64,000 nucleotides of DNA from Callorhinchus milii (Eukaryota), in contig NW_024704743.1 in assembly GCF_018977255.1 (NCBI RefSeq), positions 104,596,001-104,660,000 of the forward strand. The letters are read 5' to 3'. Positions 38,601 to 51,000 of this stretch are shown in pieces. The first letter of the stretch is position 1, and each line of letters opens with the position of its first letter. The notes beneath the pieces are model-generated. The model was not told the DNA's origin and searched no databases. It saw only the letters and a program-made list of their open reading frames with translations. The position numbers were made by a program, and so were the translations under genes.

Positions 38601-41420
38601 ATCAAACTGTTTTTTAAAGTAAGTTTTTTTGTGTAATTAAGCATTCTGACATCAACCTCCCTATCTGGTTATCTGTTCCAGTTATTATTTATCCTCTGGG
38701 AATAGAAATACTTCTTGGTGTCTATCTTGAGTTTCCCCTTTGCAATCCTTCGAAATTTTCAACCTGACAATAGAAATAAAAATCATATTGAGTTTAAATC
38801 TTTTGTATTTAAAACTTTAATTTTCGTAATGAATTTTGTTGAAAGATTTTTACAACTTATTAAAAATCCTTTCACAGTCAGCTTACATATTGTGTCATTT
38901 TCAGAGGAACAACTGATGCTACGTATCTGTTTGCAAAAGCTGTCGTGGGTAAAAAATTATAGTGAACAATACACAATTCTAAATATGCAATTTAAAATTC
39001 AGACTGTAGTTTAAGATAATGATAAAGAAATTTAACTCAACATTTTCTTAATATGTTATGCTTGTCAACAAAAGCCAAATGTGACAATAGACATGCTTTA
39101 AGGAGTATGGGGCTAAGGCTGGGCAGTGGGATTGAATGAACATTTTGCTCTTAGAGCCGGTGCAGACTCAATGGGCAGAACGGCTTCCTTCTGTGCTGTA
39201 AATGTCTATGGTTTGAATAGCAATACAAAATGCCACATTGGTTTCCTAATATTAAATCAGTTCCTTGCTGGACACAGCAGTGTGCCTATGGTATCACAGT
39301 GGTATCCTTTATTGACAAGTTATGCATAACCTAGAGTCAACGTTTAATCTATTTGACTATAACTTGAGGTTAATTACTTGCAGGAATAATAGCTTCAAGC
39401 ACACAACCAGCTAAGATATTCAAAACCAGGAGGTGATATTTGAACTGATCTGACAAACATTAATGAGTCAAAGTCACCATCAACCCCATTAATTTAAGCT
39501 GTTGGACACTTTGCATTATGATACTGCTTTGGATGAGTGAATACAAATGACAGCAAATGACAACTTAACGTGAGTCTGTAAAACTCTGTGACAGCACCAA
39601 TCTATTTATAGAAATTGAATTGGCATTTCATTTAAAACTTGTCGCTTCAAAAAAGTACCAATTTGAGACTAAATGTTCAGTTTACATATATGTCATGCAA
39701 TCTTTTTGCATAACAACAGGATTATAAGGTATTGCAGCCGCATATTGTAATTCACTTTGTTTACAAACACATAGAAATGTCAACTTTAATTAAAAGTACT
39801 GCATCAACATAAGATCAAAGATACTTTGCAGTCTGTTAGAAAGGTTCAAATAATATCTCTGTTTCTGTGTCAGAAAATTGCAAGTTCAAGCCACACACCA
39901 AGACTTAAGCATATTACCCAGGCTGACTTTTCAATGGCTAAATTACTGAGCCGTGATCTCCTTGATTTTTAAGCGCTCTGAGACGCTACCCTGCGTGGAG
40001 AGCAATATATAAGTGCAAGTTATGTTTGTTGGTTTAATTCTTCAAAGGTGAAGTTTCTTAATGTCTCGCACAAGTCTAATGAACAGTAGCTACTTTTTCC
40101 TTAATTTGCATTTTGTACTCAGATGCAGCAGGCAATTTACACCCAGCAATGTCCCACAAACATTCATGAAGAGCATAACCAATTTTATTTGGGGGTTTGT
40201 TGGCCAGGACACTGGGAGAAACTCCCTTTTCTTTTTAAACAGGCAGACAGGGCTCAGTTTAATGTCACATCCGAAGGAAGACACCAACAACAAGCAGCAC
40301 TTCATTCATAGAATCACAGAAATTTACAGCCCAGAAGGAGGCCATTCAGACTAGCTTTCAGAGCAAGTTGCACTTTCAATCCCACTGCTCTATCCTATCC
40401 CAAATACCCCTTTCAAGTCACTAACTTTCATATACTTGAATATTGGAATGTTAGACTGGGTGCTCAAAGTTTTTTTTTGGTCAGCTGGCACATGCTGAAA
40501 CCCATCACCATGCTTAAGAGTATCCAAACCAAACTGAGAATTCTATGCATCCAACCTACACAGATATATATATATATATTGTTGGAATGGAATGCTCACT
40601 CTCTCCCTGGGGGTTGCATCCTGCTTACCTAATTCCAGAAAGTATTAGGCGCAGGTTGACAAGATCCAAGGCTTGGGGTACTTCTGGAGTCCTGGTGTGA
40701 GGCTCGATTCAAATGACTTCCCTTTTAATTTTTATCCATTGACATCTTTGGCTTCACTAACAGTCTCATATGGAATGTTTCACAGCTTGTCTATTCCAAA
40801 GCCTGCTCAAAAGCTATTTTTATGCCAAATACTTATTTTCCCCTCAATAATTCTCTCAAATCTAGGATATCTCTTCTGGCATCTCTTGTACTCTCTTTAA
40901 CAAAACAAAGAAATAATATTGTTTTTGGCCTTCACCTAGGTAAGAGATTAGAGAAAAATAACAGTAAACCCACTGCACTTATTTTCAATAGTAGGTCTTA
41001 TTCAGTGTACCATAGCTGTGTAAAACAATTGGTACAGTGTCTGTAACGTTTCTAAGTTTCTGTAAATTTAGACACTGCAATGCTTCAATGTCTTCAGATT
41101 TTTGACATGCACCTGAACAGGTAAACCTCGGTTTATCATCTTATCCAAAGTATCTCCAACAATACAGCAATTGGAGTGTCAATGCAGAATGTAAGCTCAA
41201 AGTTTCAACACAGGGCATGAACCTACAACCTTGTGTCTCAGTAGTTAGAATACAAACAGTTGAGACACTTATTAAGTTCCTTTCATAATAGGAAACATTA
41301 CTGCTGACATCTGTGTATTTTTTTTATTGATATCCAACTGATTTATTTATTGTTCTGAAGGAATAAGCTTTGAAGTAGAAAATGCAGTAACATTTTTATA
41401 AACTGTAAAATTAAATTTAC

Positions 41421-41528
41421 AAGAAGACCTTCCAAAAAGAGGATGGTAGAAGGTCATATCCATTTGATTCATGACAGTATTATTGGAGATAATGGGTTCT
41501 CCACAATAAATACTGTCCCTTTTTTTAA
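41421..41528 (-). CDS. Candidate exon VKKRDSIYCGEPIISNNTVMNQMDMTFYHPLFGRSS
   Basis: Acceptor tgttcattttag|, donor T|gtaaat, 108 nt, open, phase 1>1. Confidence 0.35.
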
Positions 41529-43258
41529 CTAAAATGAACAAATGTTAACCAAGCATGATTTTACAGTGTTTGACATTGAATATTTTTAACATTTCCCCTA
41601 AAGTCAACAGATGGAAAATGCACAGCAATTATGTTCTACCCAAGCCAATACCCTAAAGTATTTGAGATCTAGAATCTGCATTTTTATTTCTATGGTACAA
41701 CTTGGGGCTTTTATTTAACGCACAAGCAAATTGTCCTCTCTGACCCACTGTGCATATGTTTATGTAATGCAGTTTTGTGGATTAGAAAATGGATACACTT
41801 AACTTTTATAGTCCAGTAAAATGGATGAGTGGTCAGGGCTATAATTTGTTATTTCATGTCAATGGATAAAATAACATAGCAAATACTAGTGACACGATAT
41901 CACCCCACACAAAAATGTGATAAATGTGTATCATATTTTATGCAGAGTGGGAAAAAGAAGAAAAAGAGACATCTGTCTTGCATGTTCTTAATAGCTGTCA
42001 CATTTCTTGAAGCTCACAGTACAAGCTGAGAAGACTTAAAGATCACTGGTGATCTTTCTGCTACATGTTTATAATAGGATTATCTCAACCATCACATTAC
42101 CAGGGTGCATTACTCAGTCTTCATTATCTGCAGTGAACTTTTCACCTCAGGTTAAGAAATTATAACATTACAAACCCTGGGCTAAAATGATTACGTTTCA
42201 TCACAGATTTGGTTATGTTTTATCTGTTGAGGAACAGTAGAATTTCAAATGATGATTATCAACGATTGTCGGGTGTGAACCGTGTGCCTCCACCCTTTCC
42301 AATATCATAATCTTTGCATTTGATACAGCTCATTTCACAGCAGGAGGACTTCTCAAAGTATTTCACAGGATTTACTGTAAAGTGTATTTTGTAAGGACAC
42401 ATGGCAATTTGTGTAGGCACAATGATTGTTCTGAATTTGCATTGACCTTTATAGCCATGATCATTTTTCCTATCTGAGGGAGAAGGGAAGAAATGTATGG
42501 CAGGGAGAAAGAATAGGTGGAGACTCATGTAGAGTATAAACACTGGCATAGACTAGTTGAGCTGAATGGCCTTTTTCTGTGCCATACACTCAATGCTACA
42601 TACCAGCGGCCACCAGTCAATGACATTTCCACTCAATATGAATTACTTTGGAATTTCCTAAAGTGGCCCTGGAACACTGCTCTCAGTGAATGTCAACTGC
42701 AGCAGCAACGCTGACATCTTCAAGTTCAACAAAGGTGCCAATGCTGAGGAGTGGTGGTGTTCCCATTTAGCACCAGTCATTAATTATTGACCAAAATTCA
42801 AATGTGCCGGAATCAACCTAACGTGATCACATTGAAGCTGTTCTGAAACATTGCATTTTTGTCCCCTCCAATTTCTCTGAAACTCTGCATTGCTCACCCT
42901 CAGCCTCACAGCCAATCTCTCAGCTGTTATGGTCACATGACTATCAGCTGCACTGGATGCAATCCACAAAAGACTACAGGGCATCATTAAGCCTAATAAC
43001 TACACCAAGCACTAACATTTAATTAGGTAAAATTGAATAATTATCAAGATCTGTAGGACACAATTTACATTCATCTCACAACACTGACCCTCCAAGTCAA
43101 AGAACAACTCTGAACAGCTTTTGGAATTCTGGGAACTGATGTGATGTTGGTGTTAAATATGCAGCTGAAATGTAGAGGTCGGCAATATATTGAGCAGGAA
43201 TTATTGAGCTGCACCTCCGAAACTGTTCAGTGTCAACATCTTTGAAGCCAATTCATAC

Positions 43259-43289
43259 CTTCAACTTCCGTCGCCGTGTTTCCAATTAC
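43259..43289 (-). CDS. Candidate micro-exon VIGNTATEVE
   Basis: Acceptor atctccttcag|, donor AAG|gtatga, CpG-rich, phase 0>1. Confidence 0.35.
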
Positions 43290-43468
43290 CTGAAGGAGAT
43301 CCCCATTTGCACAACTCTTATTGCTTATTAAGGATTCCCAACTAATACTAACCCTTATCAGGTTGGGACATTTCAAAGCGCTACATAGGATTTCATTGTG
43401 AAGTATAGAGGTTTTATTTGTAGGTGACTGTGGCAGCCAGTTTTTGCACAGCATTGTCCCACAAACAG

Positions 43469-44330
43469 CAACAACAACAACTTGGATTTATATAGTGCCC
43501 TCCACGCTGGATGGCATCTCAGAGCGCTTTATAGTAACGGATCCCGGGATCGAGCCAGAGAAGGTGAGCAAAGGCGTGGTCGAAAAGAAAGGTCTTCAGC
43601 AGAGACCTGAAAATGGGAAGGGAGGCAGCCAGGCGAAGGGAGTGAGAAAGCCAGTTCCAGAGCCTCAGGACATAGTGGCTGAAGGCACGGCCGCCGAGGG
43701 TGGAGTGGAGGACTCGGGGGACAAGGAGGAGGCCAGACCCGGAGGAACGAAGGAAACGGCTACTATGCTGAGGAGAGAGGAGGTCAGAGAGGTAGGGGTT
43801 TGCAAAGGAGTGCAGGGACTTGAATACGAGGGTGAGGATCTTGAAATCAATCCTCTCTGGGATAGGCAGCCAGTGCAGTCTAGCAAGGACTGGGGTGATC
43901 GGGGAGCGGAGTTTCATGTGGGTGAGAATGCGAGCGGCAGAGTTCTGAATGAGTTGGATTTCATGGATGGTAGTGGATGGAAGATCGGCGAGGAGGGCGT
44001 TTGAATAGTCCATCCGGGAGGTGACAAAGGCATGGAACAGAGTTTCAGCGGCTTTTGGGGAGAGGTATTGGCAGAGACGGGCTATGCGTCGGAGGTGGAA
44101 GAAAGCGGTGCTGGTGAGCGACTGGATGTGGGGGAGGAAGGTAATTGGGGGTCGAACCTGACGCCTAGGTTGCGAACGGGTTCGGACTGAGGTGGATGAC
44201 GGAGGAAAGGCAGTGGAGGAGGATGGTGTGTCGAACGAGGCAAAGAAGTCCAGGAGGACAAGGAGGCAGAGGGAGCCTTCGTCACAGATAGAGAGGATGT
44301 CGTTTGTGGTCACAGATAGAGAGGATGTCC
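43469..44330 (-). mobile_element. L2-clade LINE, internally deleted, inserted into a DeuSINE
   Basis: HAFVTSRMDYSNALL, LHWLPIPERIDFKIL and GGRAFSHYVLRLWN; same family as 19543-20630. Confidence 0.92.
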
Positions 44331-45375
44331 TTTGTGAACATCCATGAAGCGAATGACCAATTTTATCTGAGGGATTGTTGGCAAGGACACTGCGAGAAAC
44401 TCCCTTCTCTTTTTCAATTGGGATTGGATCTTTAACATCCACTTGAACAGGCACAGACAGACAATTCTCATCAGAAGAACGGCAACTCTGGTCCCCCAGC
44501 ATTGCATTGGATTGTCAGTCTTGGGCCTAGGCTATGAGTTTAAAGACCCAAGGTATCAAGAGATTAGAAATTACACTCCATCATAAAAATAACTTTAAAA
44601 CCCCCAACCTTATTTTACATATTTGGACAAATTGCAGCAAATGGTCTTTAATAATTCATGTTGCAACCTGTTCCTGTTTAGAGATTATAAATTAGATGTG
44701 CTTTAAGTGTGCAAGTGTGCATGTGCCTGTATTAGGCAGAACCTTTCATATAATTAGGTATATTTTTATGGGCTATGTTCAACTCCTGACCCTATTTTTT
44801 GAGGGTGGGTGAATTTCAAGCCCTTAGGCCCAAATAACGCTGTGTTATTAATATGTATGGATCTCTGTAGGGGACAGGAATCCAGTGCAGGGCAAAGGTA
44901 TGAGTGAAAGGTTGCAATTCCCTTGACCCCAATGCTGCTATTGTTGACCTTGGCACTGGTGTTTGAGTGACACTTCACAGGACACTACTTAATTCAACCA
45001 GATATAAGCAACTCTCCTGTAAAGAAACATTCATACTGACCAGCAATAACTGAACAACTGCACCGAATTTGCTGCTAAAAATGTGTCCTTAAAAAGTGCT
45101 CTTAATAATCGTTGGAACTGAACATTCCCCGACATTGAGAGAATGGTTCCTCCCTGTAGGCTTGTAAGAATTGAAACATGACTACCCTTGTTCTTAATTT
45201 GCCAAGAGGTCTGAGAGCTTAGATTCCAGTCAGTGTTACACTTTGCCTTTGGTGTTTCTGGCTGCTAATGGGATTTCCCCCATTATAATCACTAAAGATG
45301 CAATGGGTAGCATCAATGAAAATGTCCCCAATTTATTTATTCACTGCTGTCAGAAGGGCTTTCTAACTTTCTAAC

Positions 45376-45724
45376 TCACCTTCAAATCCCGTCATGCCCT
45401 CGCACCTCCCTACCTTTCCAACTTGCTCACCTCCCATTCCACCACCCGCTGCCTCCGCTCAGTTAGCTCCGGCCTCCTGTTCATTCCTCACCGGCACCGC
45501 TCCACCATTGGCAGCTGTGCTTTCAGTCACCTTGAAACTCTGGAACTCAATCCCTTTGCCTTGCCCCCTCCCTCCCTACTTTCAAATCCTGCCTTAAGAC
45601 CTTTCTTTTTGGGCACCTCCACCCTCTCTCTCCCCCTGGCTCGGGATCAGACTCCACCAGTGTTAAGTGCTCCAGGATGCTATCTGGCGTGAAAGACGCT
45701 ATATAAATGCAAGTTGGTGTTGTT
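45376..45724 (+). mobile_element. Degraded L2 3' end
   Basis: C-rich ORF2 end and tail GGCGTGAAAGACGCTATATAAATGCAAGTTG. Confidence 0.75.
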
Positions 45725-46952
45725 AAAATTATTCTTAATCCACACTCTCTGCAGCCCGAATAAAGTCTTTTTCCTTTGCACACCTGTTAATTGGCTCGCG
45801 GCAAACCAGGCTTTTTTAAATGAATAATATGATCAAAGAATTGGTTTCTCATCAAAAGTCAAAAAGCACAATCAGTAAGCTGCCATCCAACGTCACAGAC
45901 CTCTTTCTCTATGATTTCAGAAAAGTCTTGTGGTTGAAGAGAGGAGAATAGGGATCCGGGCTATTTGATGTGATACATATTATACAGAACACAACTTCCC
46001 CTTCCTCCCCACCCAATATATAAATTCAACAAGCATCTAAAGAGCTAATCACAGCTTGGTCTACTTTTAGTGCATCATGGGCGATAAGAATAAGAACACT
46101 GCAATATTAATGAACATTTTTCAATGGTTGCTCACTCTATTCAGTTTGCTAAAGCACCAAAATGATTTACCAGCACAATAAGGGGAAGTTAATCAAAAAA
46201 NCAAAACCCTGTGACAATAAACTGTAATGAAATTCCCAAGACGTCTGCAGTAAATTCAATGTGAATATAATGGGGACAAGTTACATCCGAATGCAGATCA
46301 CAGCAAGTAAAAAGTCTTACAAAATAATTAGAGCTGATTATATGCTGGAAATAATAGGCTTCAATTTAGTCACTTAATACACCAATAATCTGTCAACTTT
46401 TGCACACAAAGTATGTTTTTTTTAATTCAGAAAGTAAATCAGAGTGGTTTGCCAGGGAATACTGATTTGCCAAGGGATGAGGTTTCTAAGATGGAAATGC
46501 AGCTACAGCTGGTTGTATGAAAAATTCAACAATATTTGAACTATTATAATTAAATCCATAACAAGAGGATTAAAAAATAATGTTACACTGAAATGGTCGG
46601 TGAGATGGAAACTCGGAAGCTCTCAGAAACTTTTATCCCTTTGTGTAAACTGAGGGAAAATAATGTTCTTGCTATTAATTGTCTTAACAATGTTTTTATT
46701 TCTTTGCCTCACACACGGTATGAGTCAGTCAACCGTGCTCATCCCTCAAAGCTGATAAATGGCTCTCCACATGGAGACAACACAAGTTATTTTTGCAATA
46801 TTTCTTAATACAATTTATTAAAGTAAGAATTCTGGAGGTTTATTGTGGTGCTATCCTGTGGGATCGCTGTGAATTTGGATAATTCAGAATTTTGTTTTCC
46901 TGCTTTGCTGCTTGGTGGGTTTTGATTTTGTTTGTTTCCTACTCCCTGTTTA

Positions 46953-48062
46953 GGAACCGCCCACAGCACAGAAACGGCTTTGGTCAATGTGACAAATGAT
47001 ATTTTGTCCATCTGCGACCAGGGCTCCCTCCACCTCCTCGTCCTCCTTGACCTTTCTGCTGCCTTGGATACCGTTGACCACTCTATCCTCCTCCACCGCC
47101 TCTCCTCGTACCTCAACCTTCATAGTTCAGTCCTTGAATGGTTCAGATCCAACCTTTCACACTGCCTCCACTTCATCTCCACAAACGGCTTCTCCTCTAG
47201 CCCCCAAACTGTCTTGTGCAGCGTTCCTCAGGGCTCTGTCTTTGGTCCCCTCATCTTCAATATCTATATGCTCCCTCTTGGTGACATCATCCGAAGATAT
47301 GGGGTCAACTTACACATGTATGCGGATGACACTCAACTGTACCTCTCTGTCTTCACCCTTAACTCCAGGAACACTGCTGTCCTGACAGAATGTCTGGCGG
47401 ACATCAAGTCCTGGATGAGAGCTAATTTTCTACAGTTGAATGTCAACAAAATTGAGGCCCTTTGATTGGTTCCCGTCAGTGTCTCCACATTTCAGGTGTT
47501 GACAGCATCAACATCCATGGTTGCACACTCGACCTTACTAAGCCAGTCTGGAACCTTGGCATCTTGTTTGACCCTCAACTATGCTTTGTACACCACATCT
47601 GTGACATGACCTGCTCTGCCTTCCCCCATCTCTGCAACATCGCCCGGCTCCGCCACTGTCTCACACTGCAGGCTGCCGAAACCCTCATACACGCATTCAT
47701 GACATCAAGGCTTGACTATACAGGCTCACTGCTTATCAGCCTCCCCAACTTCTCCCTCCATAGGCTGCAGATCATCCAGAACTCTGCAGCCCATATCCTC
47801 TCCTGTACCAAGCTCCTTGATCCTATCACCCCCATCCTTGCCCAACTCCACTGGCTTCCCATCACACAGAGAATATTGTTCAAGATCCGGTTCCTCATCT
47901 TCAAAGCTCTCCATGGCCTTGCTCTCCCCTACCTCTGCGACCTCCTAACCCCCTACCAAAATGCCCGCTCCCTCGTCACAGGGGATCTTGCCTGCTTCAC
48001 ATCCCACGCCTTGGGACGTCATCCCAACGTGAAAGGTGCTATTCAAGTGTAATTTTGTTGTT
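46953..48062 (+). mobile_element. L2-clade LINE RT fragment (disabled)
   Basis: HSTETALVNVTNDIL, LLDLSAALDTVDH, VPQGSVFGP and YADDTQLY; stop/frameshift at about 47463; L2 tail. Confidence 0.93.
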
Positions 48063-51000
48063 TAAATGCTCTGAGATGCTACCCAGCATGAAGCGTGCTA
48101 TATAAAAGTCAGTTATTGTATATTAGTATGGTTGCCACCAGAACATTTCTTCCTTTTGTCCTCCCACATCTGGCTAAGTATCCTTTCAACACAAATGTAG
48201 TTCTTGAAAACTGTGTGGTGACCAACTGCTATAAGGAAAATATAAATCTTTTCCTCAAATAATCCTATCACAAAGGAGTTGTTTGTCAAGCGGTATTGGA
48301 GTAAAGATGTGGACAGTATTTGGCAGTATCTTTTGAAACAAAAACAGCAAAGGTGCGATTTTCTTCTTTTCGAACATTAGGCACAGGAAGCATTTACGCA
48401 TTGGTTAATATCGTACCTCCCCAAATTAGGCAGGCATCATAATTCCCATCATTAATCTTTAGTATGTAATTTCGACCCCATCAACTTTTACTCTCGTCCC
48501 AAAAGTAACTTTTCTCGCATGATTTGGTCATGTTATTTTTTGTTCTATTTCATTGTTACCACCTTGGGCCTACTTGTGACTGATGTGGCTTCTGCTGCTG
48601 AAAAGCCCAAACACCCTGTTACCCAATGGTCATGAGGTACGAGGGAATGTGCAGGAATTAATGACTGTCCTATCCAGCCTGCCCTTTACTCAGAAGTGGA
48701 ACATCCCATTGCATGGCTCTGAGCTTTAATGCTCTAATGGTCCAAATCAGCAAACTTTCTGCATTGCTCGCGTTTTTTTATATTTGCTTGAGTGCAGCAT
48801 AATCTATGACTGAGTGTTAAAATGATTAAAAATGAATAGAGGTGAGTTAGTCATAAAAGGAAGTTAATACATTGCATTTATCACTCAGAACAGCCCAAGA
48901 AGAAATTCAGAGATATAACCATTAAATATTGAGGATTGATAAATCTGAAGGAAAACATCATAGCGGACTCAAGAACAAAAAGAAACCCTCTAGGTCAATT
49001 AATCTACTCATAAAAAAAACTTTTCTAATGTGACAGATTGTCTCATGGTGTGTTTATTGTGGTCGTTGGAAATATTAGTAAATCTTGTGGTAAAAGCTTT
49101 ATGAGACATTGAAGCATAAAATGCTTCATAATGTGGCAGAAATTAAAACTATTACAAAGAACAGTGAAGTTATCCTTCTTTGCTCTAGGATGCACTGTAT
49201 TATTCCCTGCAAAGTTTTACAGTTTGGCTGGTATTTGTTCCCTGAAACAGGACTTCCTTTTTACACCACCAGATTTTCATTGGTTTGTATTCATGAGGAT
49301 TTCTGGCCCATAAATTTTGGGGTCTAATTTGCAACATTTCTTAACCAATTTCTTACCAAACAAATGTGTAATTATCAAATTTCTAAATCATTAATATGCT
49401 GAAGTAGGCATTCAATAGTGTTTAGAAATTCAATAATGTAATGCATTCTTCACCATTTTTGATGTTTTATAAATTTTACAATTACATCTTTCTTATTAAA
49501 AAAAGTATTGCATTTTGAATTAAATTACTCTACCATTGAGATACTAGTATTCTGGGTGAATTTCTATAAGCTATACAGTGCATCAAAGAAATAAAAATAA
49601 CAAATTGCAATTATGGAGCACCATTAACGTAGGATAAGGTCTCAGAGCGCTTTACAATATTGCCAAGGCAGTGCTGGAAATGGGTTACATTGTTGGTGGT
49701 CACGTCCTTCAGGAAGAGATATTAAATCATATTCCTGTCAGTCTGTTCAGGTAATGTTAAAGATGCCATGGCACTATTTGAAAAGCGAAGAGAATATCTT
49801 CCAGTGCCTTGGCCAAAGATCCCTCAAATAAAAGTGGTCACTGCCACGTTCGCTGACAAAATATACAGTTATGACAACAATTTACATTAAAATCCTGGGC
49901 AGTGCTAGGAGATGCCACCCGTCATAAAAAGCACTATAACAAATCAAGGTTTGTTACTATTTTAGGATTATTATAAATGTAAATAATAATCCTTGCATTT
50001 TATACAATAATAATACAAATAATAATACTTACATCAAGAATTAATTATATAATTGAGTGATCATTGGACAAAGATGTCCATGTTGGAGTCAGGTTGTGCT
50101 GCGGTATTTCCCATGTTCAAATAGCCTGCTGACACTTGCTATATAAGCTCACACACTTGCTATACAAGCCAGCAACCATGGAATGGTACTCCAACATGAG
50201 TCATTGCTTTCAGGTCAGAAGAAAATACAAGTAAACTCCTTTCATGGCAGTGCAGCTGGACTGGTGGCATTGAGGATATATGCAAATGATTAAACAAGAC
50301 ACTCTTGTGCTTTTCATAGACACACCAGAGACCAGAAATATTTAAATGTGTTAACATTAAAAATCAGAGTTAATATCGAAAAATTCTTGAATTCAATGTT
50401 AATTTAAAAGTCACACTTTTAAAGAACTTTTTTAAAATTCTTCTCAATGATACATTTTAAGAGAATGAGAAAGCTAAGGGCCAGGAGAAATTTCAGCCCT
50501 GAATAGTTATAGGTGGTGTTTGTATGGCTTGTTCAGTTGCCTAGAAATAGATTAAAGGGATCCTTTAACAGCTAGTGGAAAATCAAAAAGAATCTTGCGT
50601 CAAACATGAATTGATGTTTAATCAGAGTCAGCATATTACCTAGAATCCAACAATCTTGTGTTAGAAAACAAATTAACTTCATTTCACAGTAAAAAAATCA
50701 AAGACTCTTTGACAAGATTTTATTGCGTGCCTTACTCAGAGCATTTTATGTATTAAACCAAATTTGCATGTCATAACACCCTGAATTAATAACCCTTGTA
50801 ATTCAAAAGTAAATTACTGTCTTATGGTTTCAAGTCTTTCATTCAATACTCTGTCAAGATGTATAACACATGACAAGAGCTGTAAGCGGCAGGCAAAAGT
50901 CATGAAGGAAAGAAGTTGACAGAAATAGAGACAATGGAAAGACGACTCTAATTCTCAATGTTTCTTAATGGGACTCTTTAATATAGGTAGGACCCAAATC

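Noticed and set aside
43519..44502. 327-aa ORF as a host gene or active LINE
   Set aside because: It is a chance read-through of SINE sequence into a deleted L2 ORF2 remnant, lacking the endonuclease and most of the RT.
46201..46201. Single N
   Set aside because: An assembly ambiguity in an A-run, not a biological feature.
46932..48052. Functional reverse transcriptase
   Set aside because: 5'-truncated and broken at about 47463; a dead L2 copy.
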